In this document: positions 20,776 to 30,756 of the stretch, one piece after another
Layout: the number at the start of each line of letters is the position of its first letter
Position numbering within the stretch: position 1 is the first letter of the stretch
Origin: Hyphomonadaceae bacterium UBA2389
GTDB taxonomy: Bacteria; Pseudomonadota; Alphaproteobacteria; Caulobacterales; Aquidulcibacteraceae
Assembly: GCA_002343395.1 (NCBI GenBank)
Contig: DDSN01000143.1
Location: forward strand, 2,873 to 66,872
DNA: 64,000 nt
Direction of reading: 5' to 3'
Notes under the pieces: model-generated
Database searches by the model: none
What the model was told of the DNA's origin: nothing
The model's input: the letters and a program-made list of their open reading frames with translations, nothing else
Made by a program: the position numbers and the translations under genes

Positions 20776-22179
20776 ATGGCCGCGTCTAGTCTTTCCGCAT
20801 GTCTTCGCTCCGCTCTGTGCGGATTGGCCATTTTCGCCGCAAGCGCCGCCCACACGCAAGAGGCCTCGGCGCAAGGCCTCATCCGTGACGCTGAGATCGA
20901 AGAAACGCTGCGCCTATACGAGACGCCTCTGCTTGAGGCCGCGCGTCTAAATCCTGATGACGTCGACATTTATCTCGTCAGCGATCCTTCGATTAATGCT
21001 TTCGTTTCAGGCGGCCAGAACATCTTCGTCCACACAGGCCTGATTATGCAGGCGGAGAATCCGAACGAAATTATCGGGGTCCTCGCGCACGAGACCGGCC
21101 ACATTGCGGGCGGACATTTGGCGCGCTCGCGCGAGGCGATGGACCAGGCATTGGGGCCGATGCTCATCTCGATCGGCCTGGGCGTGCTCGCCATCGCCGC
21201 CGGCGCCCCTGACGCTGGCGCAGCCCTCATCGCTGGCTCGCAGAGCTTCGCAATGGGCAGTTTCGTTCGCCATACGCAAGCACAGGAGTCCTCCGCCGAC
21301 CAAGCCGCCGTCGAATATCTCGACGCCAGCGGTCAAACCGGTCACGGACTCATCTCATTCTTTAATCGAGAGCTTCGCGTTTACGAGTTCCGCACACGCA
21401 ATGTTCCACCGTGGATGATGACACACCCGTTCTCGTCGGATCGCGTGGAATCTCTTCGCCTGCGCGTCGAACAAGCACAGAACCGCGACGCCACGGACAC
21501 AGAAGACAACGTCCGTCGTTTTCGTTTCATGCAGGCGAAGCTTATCGGCTTCATCCAAAGCCAAGGCCAAACGCTTGCGCGCTATCCCTTGAGCGATCGC
21601 TCCCCGTACGCGCGCTACGCGCGAGCAGTGGCCTATTATCGCGTGTCTGACCTCGCTCGCGCGCGATCCGAGCTCGACTCGCTCATCGCTGAAGATCCAA
21701 ACAACCCGTACTTCCAAGAACTCGCGGGTCAGATCCTTTTCGAAAATGGTCGAGCGGCGGAGTCCATCCCCTTCCATCGCCGCTCGCTTCAACTTGCGCC
21801 GAATAGCCCGCTTCTGCAGATCAACCTGGCGCGCGCTTTGACTGCCGCCAATGGCCGCGATGGCGCCGAAGAGGCCGTCCGTCTGCTGCAGCAAGCGATT
21901 CAAAGGGAGCCGGATAACGCCTTTGCGTGGCGAGAGATCGCACAGGCGCGCGACTTGCTTGGTCAGGAAGCGCTCGCGCAGCTGGCCTCGGCCGAGCAGA
22001 ACTTCGCTTTGGGCGACTATGGGTCGGCGTTAAGTTTCGCCGAGCGCGCTCGGCGCACTCTCCCCCGCAACACGACCGATTACCAACGGGCTAATGACAT
22101 CGTGACCTTCGCCGGCAATGAAATGCGCGATCGCGCTAACGACCGGCGCAACCGAGGAAGCCTTGCCCCGGCACGCTAA
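20776..22179 (+). CDS. M48 family metalloprotease with TPR repeats (BepA/YfgC-like)
   Basis: Signal peptide, LIRDAEIE, INAF, HETGH, ESSADQ, THP, TPR C-terminus; AAGGAG RBS. Confidence 0.9.
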   Translation: MAASSLSACLRSALCGLAIFAASAAHTQEASAQGLIRDAEIEETLRLYETPLLEAARLNPDDVDIYLVSDPSINAFVSGGQNIFVHTGLIMQAENPNEIIGVLAHETGHIAGGHLARSREAMDQALGPMLISIGLGVLAIAAGAPDAGAALIAGSQSFAMGSFVRHTQAQESSADQAAVEYLDASGQTGHGLISFFNRELRVYEFRTRNVPPWMMTHPFSSDRVESLRLRVEQAQNRDATDTEDNVRRFRFMQAKLIGFIQSQGQTLARYPLSDRSPYARYARAVAYYRVSDLARARSELDSLIAEDPNNPYFQELAGQILFENGRAAESIPFHRRSLQLAPNSPLLQINLARALTAANGRDGAEEAVRLLQQAIQREPDNAFAWREIAQARDLLGQEALAQLASAEQNFALGDYGSALSFAERARRTLPRNTTDYQRANDIVTFAGNEMRDRANDRRNRGSLAPAR

Positions 22180-22221
22180 ACGCGGCATCCCCAGGCGCTG
22201 TTCAATGGAGCTGCGAAAATC

Positions 22222-22935
22222 ATGGCGCGCCTGATCCTCGGCTTGTTGTTCCTTCTGTTGGCCGCGCCAGCAAACGCTCAGACCTTTAACGCACAAGAGC
22301 AGGCCGAGATTCGAGCCATCGTTCGCGAGTACCTCGTCAACAACCCCGACGTCCTGCGCGAGTCTCTTGAAGCCCTGCAAGCAAGGACCGAAAATGAGCG
22401 CTGGCAGCGGATGAAAAGCGATCCGCGAGACTTTTCAATCGGTCGTTCGGATGCGCCAATCGTCATCGTGGAGTTTTTCGACTATCGTTGTGGGTACTGT
22501 CACGCGGCCCTTGAGTGGGTGACCGACGTTATCCGCACGCGGCGGGACGTTCGCGTTGTTCTAAAGGAGTTTCCAATTCTCAGCCCTGAGTCGATGGAGG
22601 CCGCCCAGGCGATCATCGCAGCGATGCCCCAGGGACGCTATTGGCAGTTCCATCAAGCGCTCATGGGCTTCCGTGGCGAACTGACGTCGGCGCGCATCGA
22701 CGCCCTCGCGCGCGAGGCTGGAATCGACGTTGCACGCATGCGCCGTGCAATGACCGATCCTGAGATCACGCGCCTACTGGAAGACAACCGCGCGCTTGCC
22801 ATTGACGCCGCCAGTAATCCGGCGACCCCCATTTTTGTTATCAACGGCGAGGTCATTCCCGGCTTCGACCGCGAACGCCTCGATGCACGCTTGCGCGCAG
22901 CTACGCGCGAGATCACCGAGGGGCGGAGGCGCTAA
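22222..22935 (+). CDS. DsbA family thiol-disulfide oxidoreductase
   Basis: IVREYLVNNPDVL, EFFDYRCGYC, KEFPIL, TP cis-Pro loop. Confidence 0.9.
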   Translation: MARLILGLLFLLLAAPANAQTFNAQEQAEIRAIVREYLVNNPDVLRESLEALQARTENERWQRMKSDPRDFSIGRSDAPIVIVEFFDYRCGYCHAALEWVTDVIRTRRDVRVVLKEFPILSPESMEAAQAIIAAMPQGRYWQFHQALMGFRGELTSARIDALAREAGIDVARMRRAMTDPEITRLLEDNRALAIDAASNPATPIFVINGEVIPGFDRERLDARLRAATREITEGRRR

Positions 22936-23627
22936 AGTCGGCCGGTCGCAGCCGCCACGGTCAGGCGGATTTGGCGTTGCAGAAGCGGAATCCCCAAACG
23001 ACCCTTTCGAATGGCGCGGCAATATAGAGGTACAAGCGCGGTGTAACCAATCGCCGGAAAGTCGGCGCTCTTGAAGGCGCGCGCCGCAGCCGCGCCCCGC
23101 GCGTGAAACCTCAGCGCGAGCGCCACCCCCTCCTCTATCGGCCCGGGTTTGTCCCGCGCAGGATCCGCGCACAAGCGCATCAACCCCCATGCGGTTGCCA
23201 AAGAAGGCAAATAGGCCGAGGCGCTGTCGCCGTCGGCGCTGGTTGCATGCAGCGCAAGCCTCATTAGCCCGCCTTGCACGCGCTCGGCGCGCACGCAAGC
23301 GGCGTCCCAAGATGAGAAACTGGTGTTCATTGCCTCGACGATTTGCGTCCAGAGCGCTGCCGGCAGGCCCGGCGCGTGCTTCGAATACGCGCGCAAAACA
23401 GGGTGAGGCGACGGCGCGCCAGCGTGAGTATTCAACAAGGCGTCGCGCCACCACGCAAGACGAATGGCGGCCAGCGCCGGCTCCCTGGCCGCGATTCGTG
23501 CGCGCGACACCTCGTGAAACACGGCGTAAATCGCCACAAGTCGTTCACGCACGATCGACGAACCGAACCTGCTCGCGAGCCACCGATCGTTCTCGACCCG
23601 GCGTACAAGCGTCTCGAGCTCGGACAT
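22932..23627 (-). CDS. Squalene/phytoene synthase-like protein (NDUFAF6-type)
   Basis: DRWLASRF, LVAIYAV..E, IRLAWWRDAL, HPVL; ATG 23627; usual position downstream of secF. Confidence 0.75.
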   Translation of the reverse strand: MSELETLVRRVENDRWLASRFGSSIVRERLVAIYAVFHEVSRARIAAREPALAAIRLAWWRDALLNTHAGAPSPHPVLRAYSKHAPGLPAALWTQIVEAMNTSFSSWDAACVRAERVQGGLMRLALHATSADGDSASAYLPSLATAWGLMRLCADPARDKPGPIEEGVALALRFHARGAAAARAFKSADFPAIGYTALVPLYCRAIRKGRLGIPLLQRQIRLTVAAATGRL

Positions 23628-23692
23628 GCCAAACCTCAAAAAAGACGCCCGCGCATCTGCTGCGCGGGCGTCTGACCTCGTTGCTGCTTCCT

Positions 23693-24322
23693 CTAGAAGA
23701 GCGTGCTCGCTCCCGTCATTGCCACCAGCATGGGCGCCGAAAGAAAGGTATTCGTACGCGACAACAACATCGCTGTTCTCGCGTGGGCGGCCTTGGCCGC
23801 CGCATCTAGGTTCGCGAACTTGTTGTCGATATTGAGTGCGCGCTGTTGGTTCGGCCAAATGATGAACCAGACGTTGAACCACATCACAATCGCCAGCCAC
23901 ATACCTATGCCGATCAGCACATGCTTGCCGACCGCGAAACTCGGATCGTCCGCCGCACCCAGCGTCAAGGCCTGCAGCAGATAACCCTGGTTCCATGCCA
24001 GTAGCAGGCCCGTGATCAACGTGAACATCGCGCCCCACCGAAACCAGAACAGCGCCGCTGGCGCGATGACTTTGCCGATGGCCGGCTTCTGCTCGTCTGG
24101 AATCTTCGGCATGTTCGGAATTTGGGTGAAGTTGAAGTAGTAGAGATGGCCGATCCACATGATCCCCACGAGCACGTGGCTCCAGCGCAGCGCCGCTTCC
24201 CAAAATGCAGCGTCTCCGAAGGCGTAACCCGCCACCCCCATTGCAAAATAGATCAAGAACAGCGCGCCCACCGCAAGCGCCGTCCAGGCTACATAACGGA
24301 TGTTACTCAAGAACCAGGCCAT
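23693..24322 (-). CDS. Integral membrane protein, PuuD/Urate_ox_N-like domain without cytochrome c
   Basis: RWSHVLVGIMWIGHLYYFNF, ALFWFRWGA, FNVWFIIWPNQ, SRTNT; no CxxCH. Confidence 0.75.
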   Translation of the reverse strand: MAWFLSNIRYVAWTALAVGALFLIYFAMGVAGYAFGDAAFWEAALRWSHVLVGIMWIGHLYYFNFTQIPNMPKIPDEQKPAIGKVIAPAALFWFRWGAMFTLITGLLLAWNQGYLLQALTLGAADDPSFAVGKHVLIGIGMWLAIVMWFNVWFIIWPNQQRALNIDNKFANLDAAAKAAHARTAMLLSRTNTFLSAPMLVAMTGASTLF

Positions 24323-24345
24323 GCCTCTCCCTCCAGTCCGCCCGC

Positions 24346-25386
24346 TTAACGCGCCGGTTGCGGCGCGCCGCGGGCCTCGCCGCCCTCGCGGCCTCGTTTA
24401 ACACCCCATATCAGGATCGCGGGCGCGGCGACATAAAGCGACGAGTACGTGCCTATGATAATGCCGAAGATCATCGCGATCGCAAAACCCTCAAGGGACT
24501 CTCCGCCGAAATAATAAAGGCCGATCAGGGCAAACAACGCCGTACAGCCGGTAATGATGGTTCGAGACAGCGTCTCGTTCAGCGACAAATCCACTAATTC
24601 GCCTAGGGGCATTCTCTTATACTTACGGAGGTTCTCGCGCAGGCGGTCGAAAACAACGACCGTATCGTTCATCGAGTAGCCAATAATCGTCAGCAACGCC
24701 GCGACGATCGTCAGGTTGAACTCGAGCCTGAAGATCGAAAATACGCCGAGCGTCAGGATCACGTCGTGGAACAACGCCATGACGCCGCCAAGACCGAACT
24801 GCCATTCAAAGCGGAACCAGATGTAGATCAGCATGAGCAATATCGCGAGGCCGAGTGCGATGAGTCCGCCCGCGAACAGCTCTTCCGAGACGCGACCGCT
24901 CACGGCGTCGACGTTCAACACCCGCGCGCCTTCGGCGACTTGAGGCAGCTCGCGGCGCAATGCTTCAACAGTGTCCGCCACGCCTTCGGTGCTCTCGAAA
25001 TTGATGATTGCACAATAGGGCGGAGAATCAGCAGGTCGACAGGTTGTTCCCTGCACCTCAACGCCGCCGTCTTGCAGGCGTCCTCCGAGCGTCCGTAAAT
25101 CACCCAAGTCGATGGGTTGGGGCGCCTCAATCAGGATTGACGTGCCGCCCCGGAAATCGATGCCCAGATTGAACCCGCGCTCCATCACCGCCCCAAAGCG
25201 TGCGAGCGGTGTGCCCGCCGCTTGCTGAAATATCTCGATCGGATTGGTGCGGAATCCGCCGGTAAACATGGAAACGAGCGACGCCGACACTGCGGCGATT
25301 GAAAGAAACGCAGCGAAAGCGGCGAACTTCACATACGTGAAGTTCGTCTTTTTCGGCAACAAGCGGATAAGCGGCCACCATCCCAT
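24346..25386 (-). CDS. secF: Protein translocase subunit SecF
   Basis: GIDFRGG, ALFHDV, GYSMNDTVVVFDRLREN, GTYSS. Confidence 0.96.
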   Translation of the reverse strand: MGWWPLIRLLPKKTNFTYVKFAAFAAFLSIAAVSASLVSMFTGGFRTNPIEIFQQAAGTPLARFGAVMERGFNLGIDFRGGTSILIEAPQPIDLGDLRTLGGRLQDGGVEVQGTTCRPADSPPYCAIINFESTEGVADTVEALRRELPQVAEGARVLNVDAVSGRVSEELFAGGLIALGLAILLMLIYIWFRFEWQFGLGGVMALFHDVILTLGVFSIFRLEFNLTIVAALLTIIGYSMNDTVVVFDRLRENLRKYKRMPLGELVDLSLNETLSRTIITGCTALFALIGLYYFGGESLEGFAIAMIFGIIIGTYSSLYVAAPAILIWGVKRGREGGEARGAPQPAR

Positions 25387-25395
25387 GGTCGGCTC

Positions 25396-26991
25396 CTAGA
25401 TCGGCAATGTCTTGGGCCGCGCGATGCGGAACCACCAAGCAATCAGAATTTGGGTAACAAGCACGGCGGTGAACACGGACGTCACCACACCGATTGACAA
25501 GGTCCACGCGAAACCCCGCACGGGCCCGGCGCCGAACTGGAACAGGATCAACGCAGCGAGGATCGTCGTCAGGTTCGCATCCACGATTGTGATCATCGCA
25601 CGATTGAACCCCGCATCGATCGCAAGCGCTGGGCCGCGCCCCACCGCCGCCTCTTCTCTCATCCGCTCGTAAATCAACACGTTCGCGTCCACCGCCATTG
25701 CGATCGTGAGAATGAGACCTGCGATGCCCGGCAGCGTGAGTACAGCGCCCACTGTCGACATCGCGGCGACGATCAGAACGCCGTTCACCACCAGCGCGAT
25801 GCAGGCGAAGATGCCAAAGGTGCCGTACGCCAAGAGCATGAACACAAAAGTCACAAGGCCAGCGATTGCTGAGGCGACAACGCCGGAATCAATGGCGTCT
25901 TGCCCGAGGCTCGCGCTCACTGTCCGTTCGTCGATCACTGTCAGCGGAGCGGGCAACGCGCCTGCGTTCAGCATGACAGCCAACTCGCGTGCGCTTTCGG
26001 CCGAAAAGCGACCTGAAATTTGACCTGTGCCGCCGCAAATCGGTTCATTGATGGTCGGCGCGGTGAGCACCTGGTTGTCCAAGAGAATCGCGAACCGATC
26101 CCCCGTGTGCTCACGCGTGATGCGGCAGAAGATCCGCGCGCCCTCGCTGTCGAGTTGGAATGCGAGCACCCACTCGCCCGTCTGCGGATCGGTTGAAGGG
26201 TTGGCGCGCACCAAGCGCTCACCAGTGAAACGGGGGCGGCGTTCGACCACGTCGGCGCGATCGCCTACGCCGGGATAGGGCTGCACCACCATTGCACCGG
26301 GCGGGATAACGCCTGCGGCGGCCTCTTCGGGGCTTACCTCCCGCACCATGTTGAAGGTCATCAACGCCGTCTGACCGATACGCTCCTTCAGCTGCTCGGG
26401 GTCGGAGACACCTGGCGCCTGCACGACGATGCGCGAGTCGCCTTGTCGTTGGATCGATACTTCAGCTGTCCCTGTGGGGTTGATCCGCCGCTCGATCACC
26501 GCGATGGATTGCTGCGCGGCCTGCCGGCTTAGCTCACGCAAATACACCGGCGTGATCCGAGCCTCGATGAGCCCGTCGGCGCCCTCGGTAAAGGTGATGA
26601 TGTCGTTGCCGCCGGAAGGGGACAGCGCGATCTGGCGAATAGCCGCGCGCGCCGCCTCCATCTGCGTTGGGTCGATCAACCTGACCCGCCCTGCATCACC
26701 CACAACGCCACGGCCAGTGTAGCGAATTTGCGGGGTCGCCTCGCGAAGCGCTGTCGCCATCTGGTCGGCGATGTTGTCGAGCTGTTGGCGTTGCAGCGTC
26801 GAGACATCGACCTCGAGCAGCAACTGCGACCCACCCTGCAAGTCGAGGCCGAGATTAATGCCAGCCCGAGGTAGGAACCCGGGCAGCGCCGTTCGCTGCT
26901 GTTCGGTCAAGAAGTTCGGGAGCGCGAAAATCACTCCCAGGATCGTCACTACTGCAACAAGGACGACCCGCCATCGCGCGACATTGAGCAT
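25396..26991 (-). CDS. secD: Protein translocase subunit SecD
   Basis: LGLDLQGG, AGALPAPL, MAVDANVLIYERMREE, GPVRGFA. Confidence 0.96.
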   Translation of the reverse strand: MLNVARWRVVLVAVVTILGVIFALPNFLTEQQRTALPGFLPRAGINLGLDLQGGSQLLLEVDVSTLQRQQLDNIADQMATALREATPQIRYTGRGVVGDAGRVRLIDPTQMEAARAAIRQIALSPSGGNDIITFTEGADGLIEARITPVYLRELSRQAAQQSIAVIERRINPTGTAEVSIQRQGDSRIVVQAPGVSDPEQLKERIGQTALMTFNMVREVSPEEAAAGVIPPGAMVVQPYPGVGDRADVVERRPRFTGERLVRANPSTDPQTGEWVLAFQLDSEGARIFCRITREHTGDRFAILLDNQVLTAPTINEPICGGTGQISGRFSAESARELAVMLNAGALPAPLTVIDERTVSASLGQDAIDSGVVASAIAGLVTFVFMLLAYGTFGIFACIALVVNGVLIVAAMSTVGAVLTLPGIAGLILTIAMAVDANVLIYERMREEAAVGRGPALAIDAGFNRAMITIVDANLTTILAALILFQFGAGPVRGFAWTLSIGVVTSVFTAVLVTQILIAWWFRIARPKTLPI

Positions 26992-26994
26992 GCG

Positions 26995-27348
26995 CTATTC
27001 CGCCTTGGAATCATTAGCCGGCGCTGGGTCGGTTTTGGAGCGCACCTCTGCGATCGTTCCGCGGATGACGCGCACTTCCACGTTCGGCGCCAACTCGACC
27101 CGCACTTCGTCATCAGCGACGGACTTCACCTTGCCAATCAGCCCACCAGAGGTGACCACTATGTCGTTCTTCTTCAATGCAGCGACCATATCCATGTGCC
27201 GCTTACGCGCCTGCTGCTGCGGGCGGATGAGAAGAAAGTAGAACACGACAAAGACCAGCAATAGCGGCAGCAATTGCATGATCACGCCGCCCATTGGATC
27301 GCCGCCGGCGGGCGCGGCCGCTTGCGCATAAGCAGGAGAAATGAACAT
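26995..27348 (-). CDS. yajC: Preprotein translocase subunit YajC
   Basis: FYFLLIRPQQ, VVTSGGLIGKV; upstream of secD. Confidence 0.96.
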   Translation of the reverse strand: MFISPAYAQAAAPAGGDPMGGVIMQLLPLLLVFVVFYFLLIRPQQQARKRHMDMVAALKKNDIVVTSGGLIGKVKSVADDEVRVELAPNVEVRVIRGTIAEVRSKTDPAPANDSKAE

Positions 27349-27422
27349 TGAACCTCGCGTGATGCGGCGACAGCGCCGCTAGCGACAATAGATGAGGGAG
27401 CCGAGTCCCCAGAAAGGCCGGG

Positions 27423-27450
27423 ACTATATCGCCGGAACGGGCCATTTCAA
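27423..27450 (-). promoter_or_regulatory. Putative housekeeping-sigma promoter of yajC-secDF
   Basis: Minus strand TTGAAA-N16-TATAGT. Confidence 0.4.
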
Positions 27451-27487
27451 TCCAATGGCGCCGCTGAATATGCCGCAGACGAGGCGC

Positions 27488-28411
27488 TTAGGGCCCCAAA
27501 AGAGACATCGGGTCCACCGCGCGAGCGCCCTGTCTCACCTGAAACAGCAGCCGCGCGCGGCCGTCGGCCCGCGCTCCCAGCTCAGCGATAGCCGCCCCAG
27601 CGGCCACCGTGTCACCTTCCCGAACGAGCGCGCGGCGGTTGAAGCCATAGGCGCTCACGTAATTGTTCGCATGCCGGATGAGCACCAACGTTCCGTACCC
27701 GGGAACATCTTCACCCGCGTAGACGACAACGCCCGGGGCGGATGCATGCACTGGATCGCCGTCCCTGCCCGCTATCTCTATGCCGTCAGATCGCCCACCG
27801 CCGGATTGGGGGCCGAAGCGCCCAACGATGCGCCCGTGAAGCGGCATAACGAAAAGTGCGCCGCCACGCGGCGCCGGCGCTGCTTGCGCCGCCGTTTCAT
27901 CCGCGGCGCTCGCAAGATCCGGCAACGCAATGCGCGCGCCCACCACCAACGGCGCAGCAGGGTCCCGGCGGTTAAAGAGCGCGAGAGAGCGTGGATCGAT
28001 ACCGAAACGATCTGCAACACCTTGTAAGGTGTCGCCCTCCTCAACCACTTGGATCCTTGCGCGGGGTAACCGTAACTCCCGCCCGGGCGCTATCGCATAG
28101 GGCGGCTCAAGCCCGTTGCTCTCGATAAGCGCCAGCATGGGAATCTGGTAGCGCGTTGCAACGTCTTGAAGCGTTTCTCCTTCGCGTACGCGGTGACTCC
28201 TGGGCCTTTCAGTCGGATCAGCTGCAAACACGTCTTCGGGGCGCAAGGCGAAGGCGCTCAAACCACCATCAACACTTGTCTCGTCGATTGTCGCAGGTGC
28301 CGGGTTCCCTTGAGCGGCACCGCCGCTGTAGCTGATTGGCGCGCCGCCGCCGCCCGAGGCGCACGCGCTCGCAAGAGAAGCCACAAAAACAACAGCGCGC
28401 ATCCAGCCCAT
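27488..28411 (-). CDS. LysM + degenerate M23 (LytM) lipoprotein, NlpD/DipM-like
   Basis: Lipobox-like LASAC, two LysM repeats, LytM lacking zinc ligands (RSDGIEI, LLFQVR); surE-pcm-nlpD synteny. Confidence 0.85.
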   Translation of the reverse strand: MGWMRAVVFVASLASACASGGGGAPISYSGGAAQGNPAPATIDETSVDGGLSAFALRPEDVFAADPTERPRSHRVREGETLQDVATRYQIPMLALIESNGLEPPYAIAPGRELRLPRARIQVVEEGDTLQGVADRFGIDPRSLALFNRRDPAAPLVVGARIALPDLASAADETAAQAAPAPRGGALFVMPLHGRIVGRFGPQSGGGRSDGIEIAGRDGDPVHASAPGVVVYAGEDVPGYGTLVLIRHANNYVSAYGFNRRALVREGDTVAAGAAIAELGARADGRARLLFQVRQGARAVDPMSLLGP

Positions 28412-28441
28412 TTCTCACCGAATCGCGAGCACGACAATTCG

Positions 28442-29068
28442 CTAGGCGTCCGCCCCCAACCCATGCTCCAGCGGAGCGACCCGAATCGGCCCCAGATCTT
28501 CCCAGGCATCGCTCCGAAACCGCAGTAAACGTTGCGATTCCGACGCCCCTTGCGCCATCAGCAGAGTGCCCCCGGGCTTCAGTTGCGACAGCCATGAGAG
28601 CTGCGCCTCGTCGCAAGCAGCGTTGACCACGATGCGATCAAAAGGCGCCGCCTCCTCCCACCCCACGGCGCCATCAGCAGCGTGTACGAAAACCCGCATC
28701 AGGCGAGCGCGTCCAATTCTGCCGCGCGCTTCGGCGGCAAGGTCCGGCCATCGCTCAAGCGTGACGACTGAATGAGCTAGGGTGGCCAAGGCCGCGGCCT
28801 GAAACCCCGAGCCCGTACCGACTTCCAGCACGGTATGGTTGGATTGAACGTCAAGCGCGGTTAGGACGCGTCCCACAATTGAAGGCTTCGTCATGCTCTG
28901 GCCGTGGGCAAGGGGAAGCGCGACATCGTCAAGGGCCACCGCGTGCAAATGCTCTGGCGCGTAGTGATCGCGCGGCGTGCGTTCGAGTGCGCCGAGCACG
29001 CGCGCATCGGTGACGCCCGCCTGACGCATCTCCAACACAAAACGCATCAGTCGCGCCGGGTCGCCCAT
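28442..29068 (-). CDS. pcm: Protein-L-isoaspartate O-methyltransferase
   Basis: VLEVGTGSG, APFDRIVV, QLKPGG; ATG 29068. Confidence 0.9.
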   Translation of the reverse strand: MGDPARLMRFVLEMRQAGVTDARVLGALERTPRDHYAPEHLHAVALDDVALPLAHGQSMTKPSIVGRVLTALDVQSNHTVLEVGTGSGFQAAALATLAHSVVTLERWPDLAAEARGRIGRARLMRVFVHAADGAVGWEEAAPFDRIVVNAACDEAQLSWLSQLKPGGTLLMAQGASESQRLLRFRSDAWEDLGPIRVAPLEHGLGADA

Positions 29069-29069
29069 C

Positions 29070-29855
29070 TCATCCCGCCTTCGGCGGTGAACCGCCAAGC
29101 ACGCGCTTCAACGACGCAACCGTGTCGCCGTGCGTCAAATCGATGTGGAGAGGCGTCACCGATATCCTCCCCTCATAGATGGCGCGCAAATCCGTGCCTT
29201 CGGGAGGATTTGACAGCTTCCCGTGGAAGCCGAGCCAAAAGTAGGAGCCGCCTCGCAAATCGGTGCGCTTGTCCGCAAAGATAATGTGCTGATCGCGCCG
29301 ACCTTGCGTTGTCATCTCAACGGTCGTCACCTCGTCAGGCGGCGCATCGGGGAAGTTGACGTTCATCAGAACGTCCTTCGGCCAGTCTTGCTTTAATAGC
29401 TGCGCCACAATGCCCGGACCAAACGCCTCCGCTGTCTCCCACGGTATCGGCGCCTCTTCGCCGCGGAACCCGCGGGCTTGACTCAGCGCAATCGCGCGAA
29501 TGCCAAGCTGCATGCCCTGCATAGCCCCCGCGATCGTACCCGAAAACGTCACGTCCTCGGCGATATTCTGGCCACGATTGACGCCGGACAGAACAAGATC
29601 GGGCGCGCCACCGTCTATCAAATGCTCAACGCCGAGGAGCACGCAGTCTGTGGGCGTTCCGGAAACCGCAAAACGCTTTGATCCGGCCTGCCGCACACGG
29701 ATTGGCGCGGTAAGCGTTAAGGCGCGCGAGGCGCCGGATTGTTCATTCTCAGGCGCGACAACCCACACATCGTCGCTTAGCGTACGAGCGATCTTCTCCA
29801 GCACGGCAAGCCCCGTCGCGTGGATGCCGTCGTCATTGGTGCACAAAATACGCAT
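29070..29855 (-). CDS. surE: 5'/3'-nucleotidase SurE
   Basis: [33 protein letters not shown]. Confidence 0.97.
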   Translation of the reverse strand: MRILCTNDDGIHATGLAVLEKIARTLSDDVWVVAPENEQSGASRALTLTAPIRVRQAGSKRFAVSGTPTDCVLLGVEHLIDGGAPDLVLSGVNRGQNIAEDVTFSGTIAGAMQGMQLGIRAIALSQARGFRGEEAPIPWETAEAFGPGIVAQLLKQDWPKDVLMNVNFPDAPPDEVTTVEMTTQGRRDQHIIFADKRTDLRGGSYFWLGFHGKLSNPPEGTDLRAIYEGRISVTPLHIDLTHGDTVASLKRVLGGSPPKAG

Positions 29856-29901
29856 GAGAACGCCCGCTTAGCGCGGCAAGCGCCCCTTTGTCACGTGACC
29901 G

Positions 29902-30309
29902 CTACTTGTTGAAGGCGCCAATGATGGCGCCGCCTACGATCGCGGTGGCGAACTGATGGAGAGAATCTATGGCGAGCAGCGTCTCGCCCCCCGCCGGCGA
30001 ATAGACATAGCCGTAAAAGCGTTCGGCGAAGAGGAAGAACAGAGCCAGCCAAAACCCTGTTTCAGCCCCGGCCAGCCAACCAGACTTATTCCGCCACCGG
30101 ATCACAAGGGAAAGCCCAATCGCGATGAGGAAGGGTATGATAAATCCAAACGGCATTTTGCTCATGCCGCTCTGCAGTTGCTGTTCGCTCCAGCCGGTTT
30201 CCGCCACCCACATCTGCGCGAAAACGACGCCGTAGAAGACAAAGCCAATCAGGTAAATGGCGATGGCGGCGGCGATGACCGCGACCGCGTTGTGACCCAT
30301 CACACGCAT
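29902..30309 (-). CDS. Small 4-TM membrane protein (DUF1761-like)
   Basis: GGAGG RBS, four hydrophobic helices, N-terminal AVIAAAIA..IGF.FYG..F...W pattern. Confidence 0.6.
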   Translation of the reverse strand: MRVMGHNAVAVIAAAIAIYLIGFVFYGVVFAQMWVAETGWSEQQLQSGMSKMPFGFIIPFLIAIGLSLVIRWRNKSGWLAGAETGFWLALFFLFAERFYGYVYSPAGGETLLAIDSLHQFATAIVGGAIIGAFNK

Positions 30310-30390
30310 GTTGCACCTCCCCGGTTCGGCGGATAGGCCGCCTGGGAAGGTTCTAACAGTGTTTGCGGTATCTGGCTCCGCATTTTTCGA

Positions 30391-30756
30391 CTAGCGGCAA
30401 TCGATCGCCCAAATGTCGTAGGTAGGGTGATCCAACGCGCTCAGGCTGGGGCTCGATGCGAAGAGCCACCCGTGGAACACCTCCCGGCGCTGGCTTTCCT
30501 CCCCTTCGCGAGCAGGTGGCGTATCAAACACGTCCACGTAAATGCGCACCTCCGGCGTCTCTTCCGGAGCGTTCTTGGAGCAGGACCGCGCAACGACTTC
30601 CAAGGAACCGATACGCGCAGCGCGCCCAATTGTAAGCGTGTAATCGCTCGCGTGGCCGGTGATCTTGTCCAGCCCACGGATAACAGCACGTTGGGCAAAT
30701 GCGGGGCTCGCCGCCGCGGAAAGGAAGACGAGCGCTGCTGCAAACGTTCTGATCAT
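30391..30756 (-). CDS. DUF2155 family secreted protein
   Basis: RGLDKITG, FHGWLFASSPSLSALDHPTYDIW. Confidence 0.88.
   Translation of the reverse strand: MIRTFAAALVFLSAAASPAFAQRAVIRGLDKITGHASDYTLTIGRAARIGSLEVVARSCSKNAPEETPEVRIYVDVFDTPPAREGEESQRREVFHGWLFASSPSLSALDHPTYDIWAIDCR

Noticed and set aside
22932-24203. 423-aa ORF overlapping the PuuD-like gene on the same strand (possible fusion or recoding)
   Set aside because: The first 192 aa are an off-frame read of the membrane protein gene with no recognisable features; the synthase-like domain starts at ATG 23627; long open frames are common at this GC content
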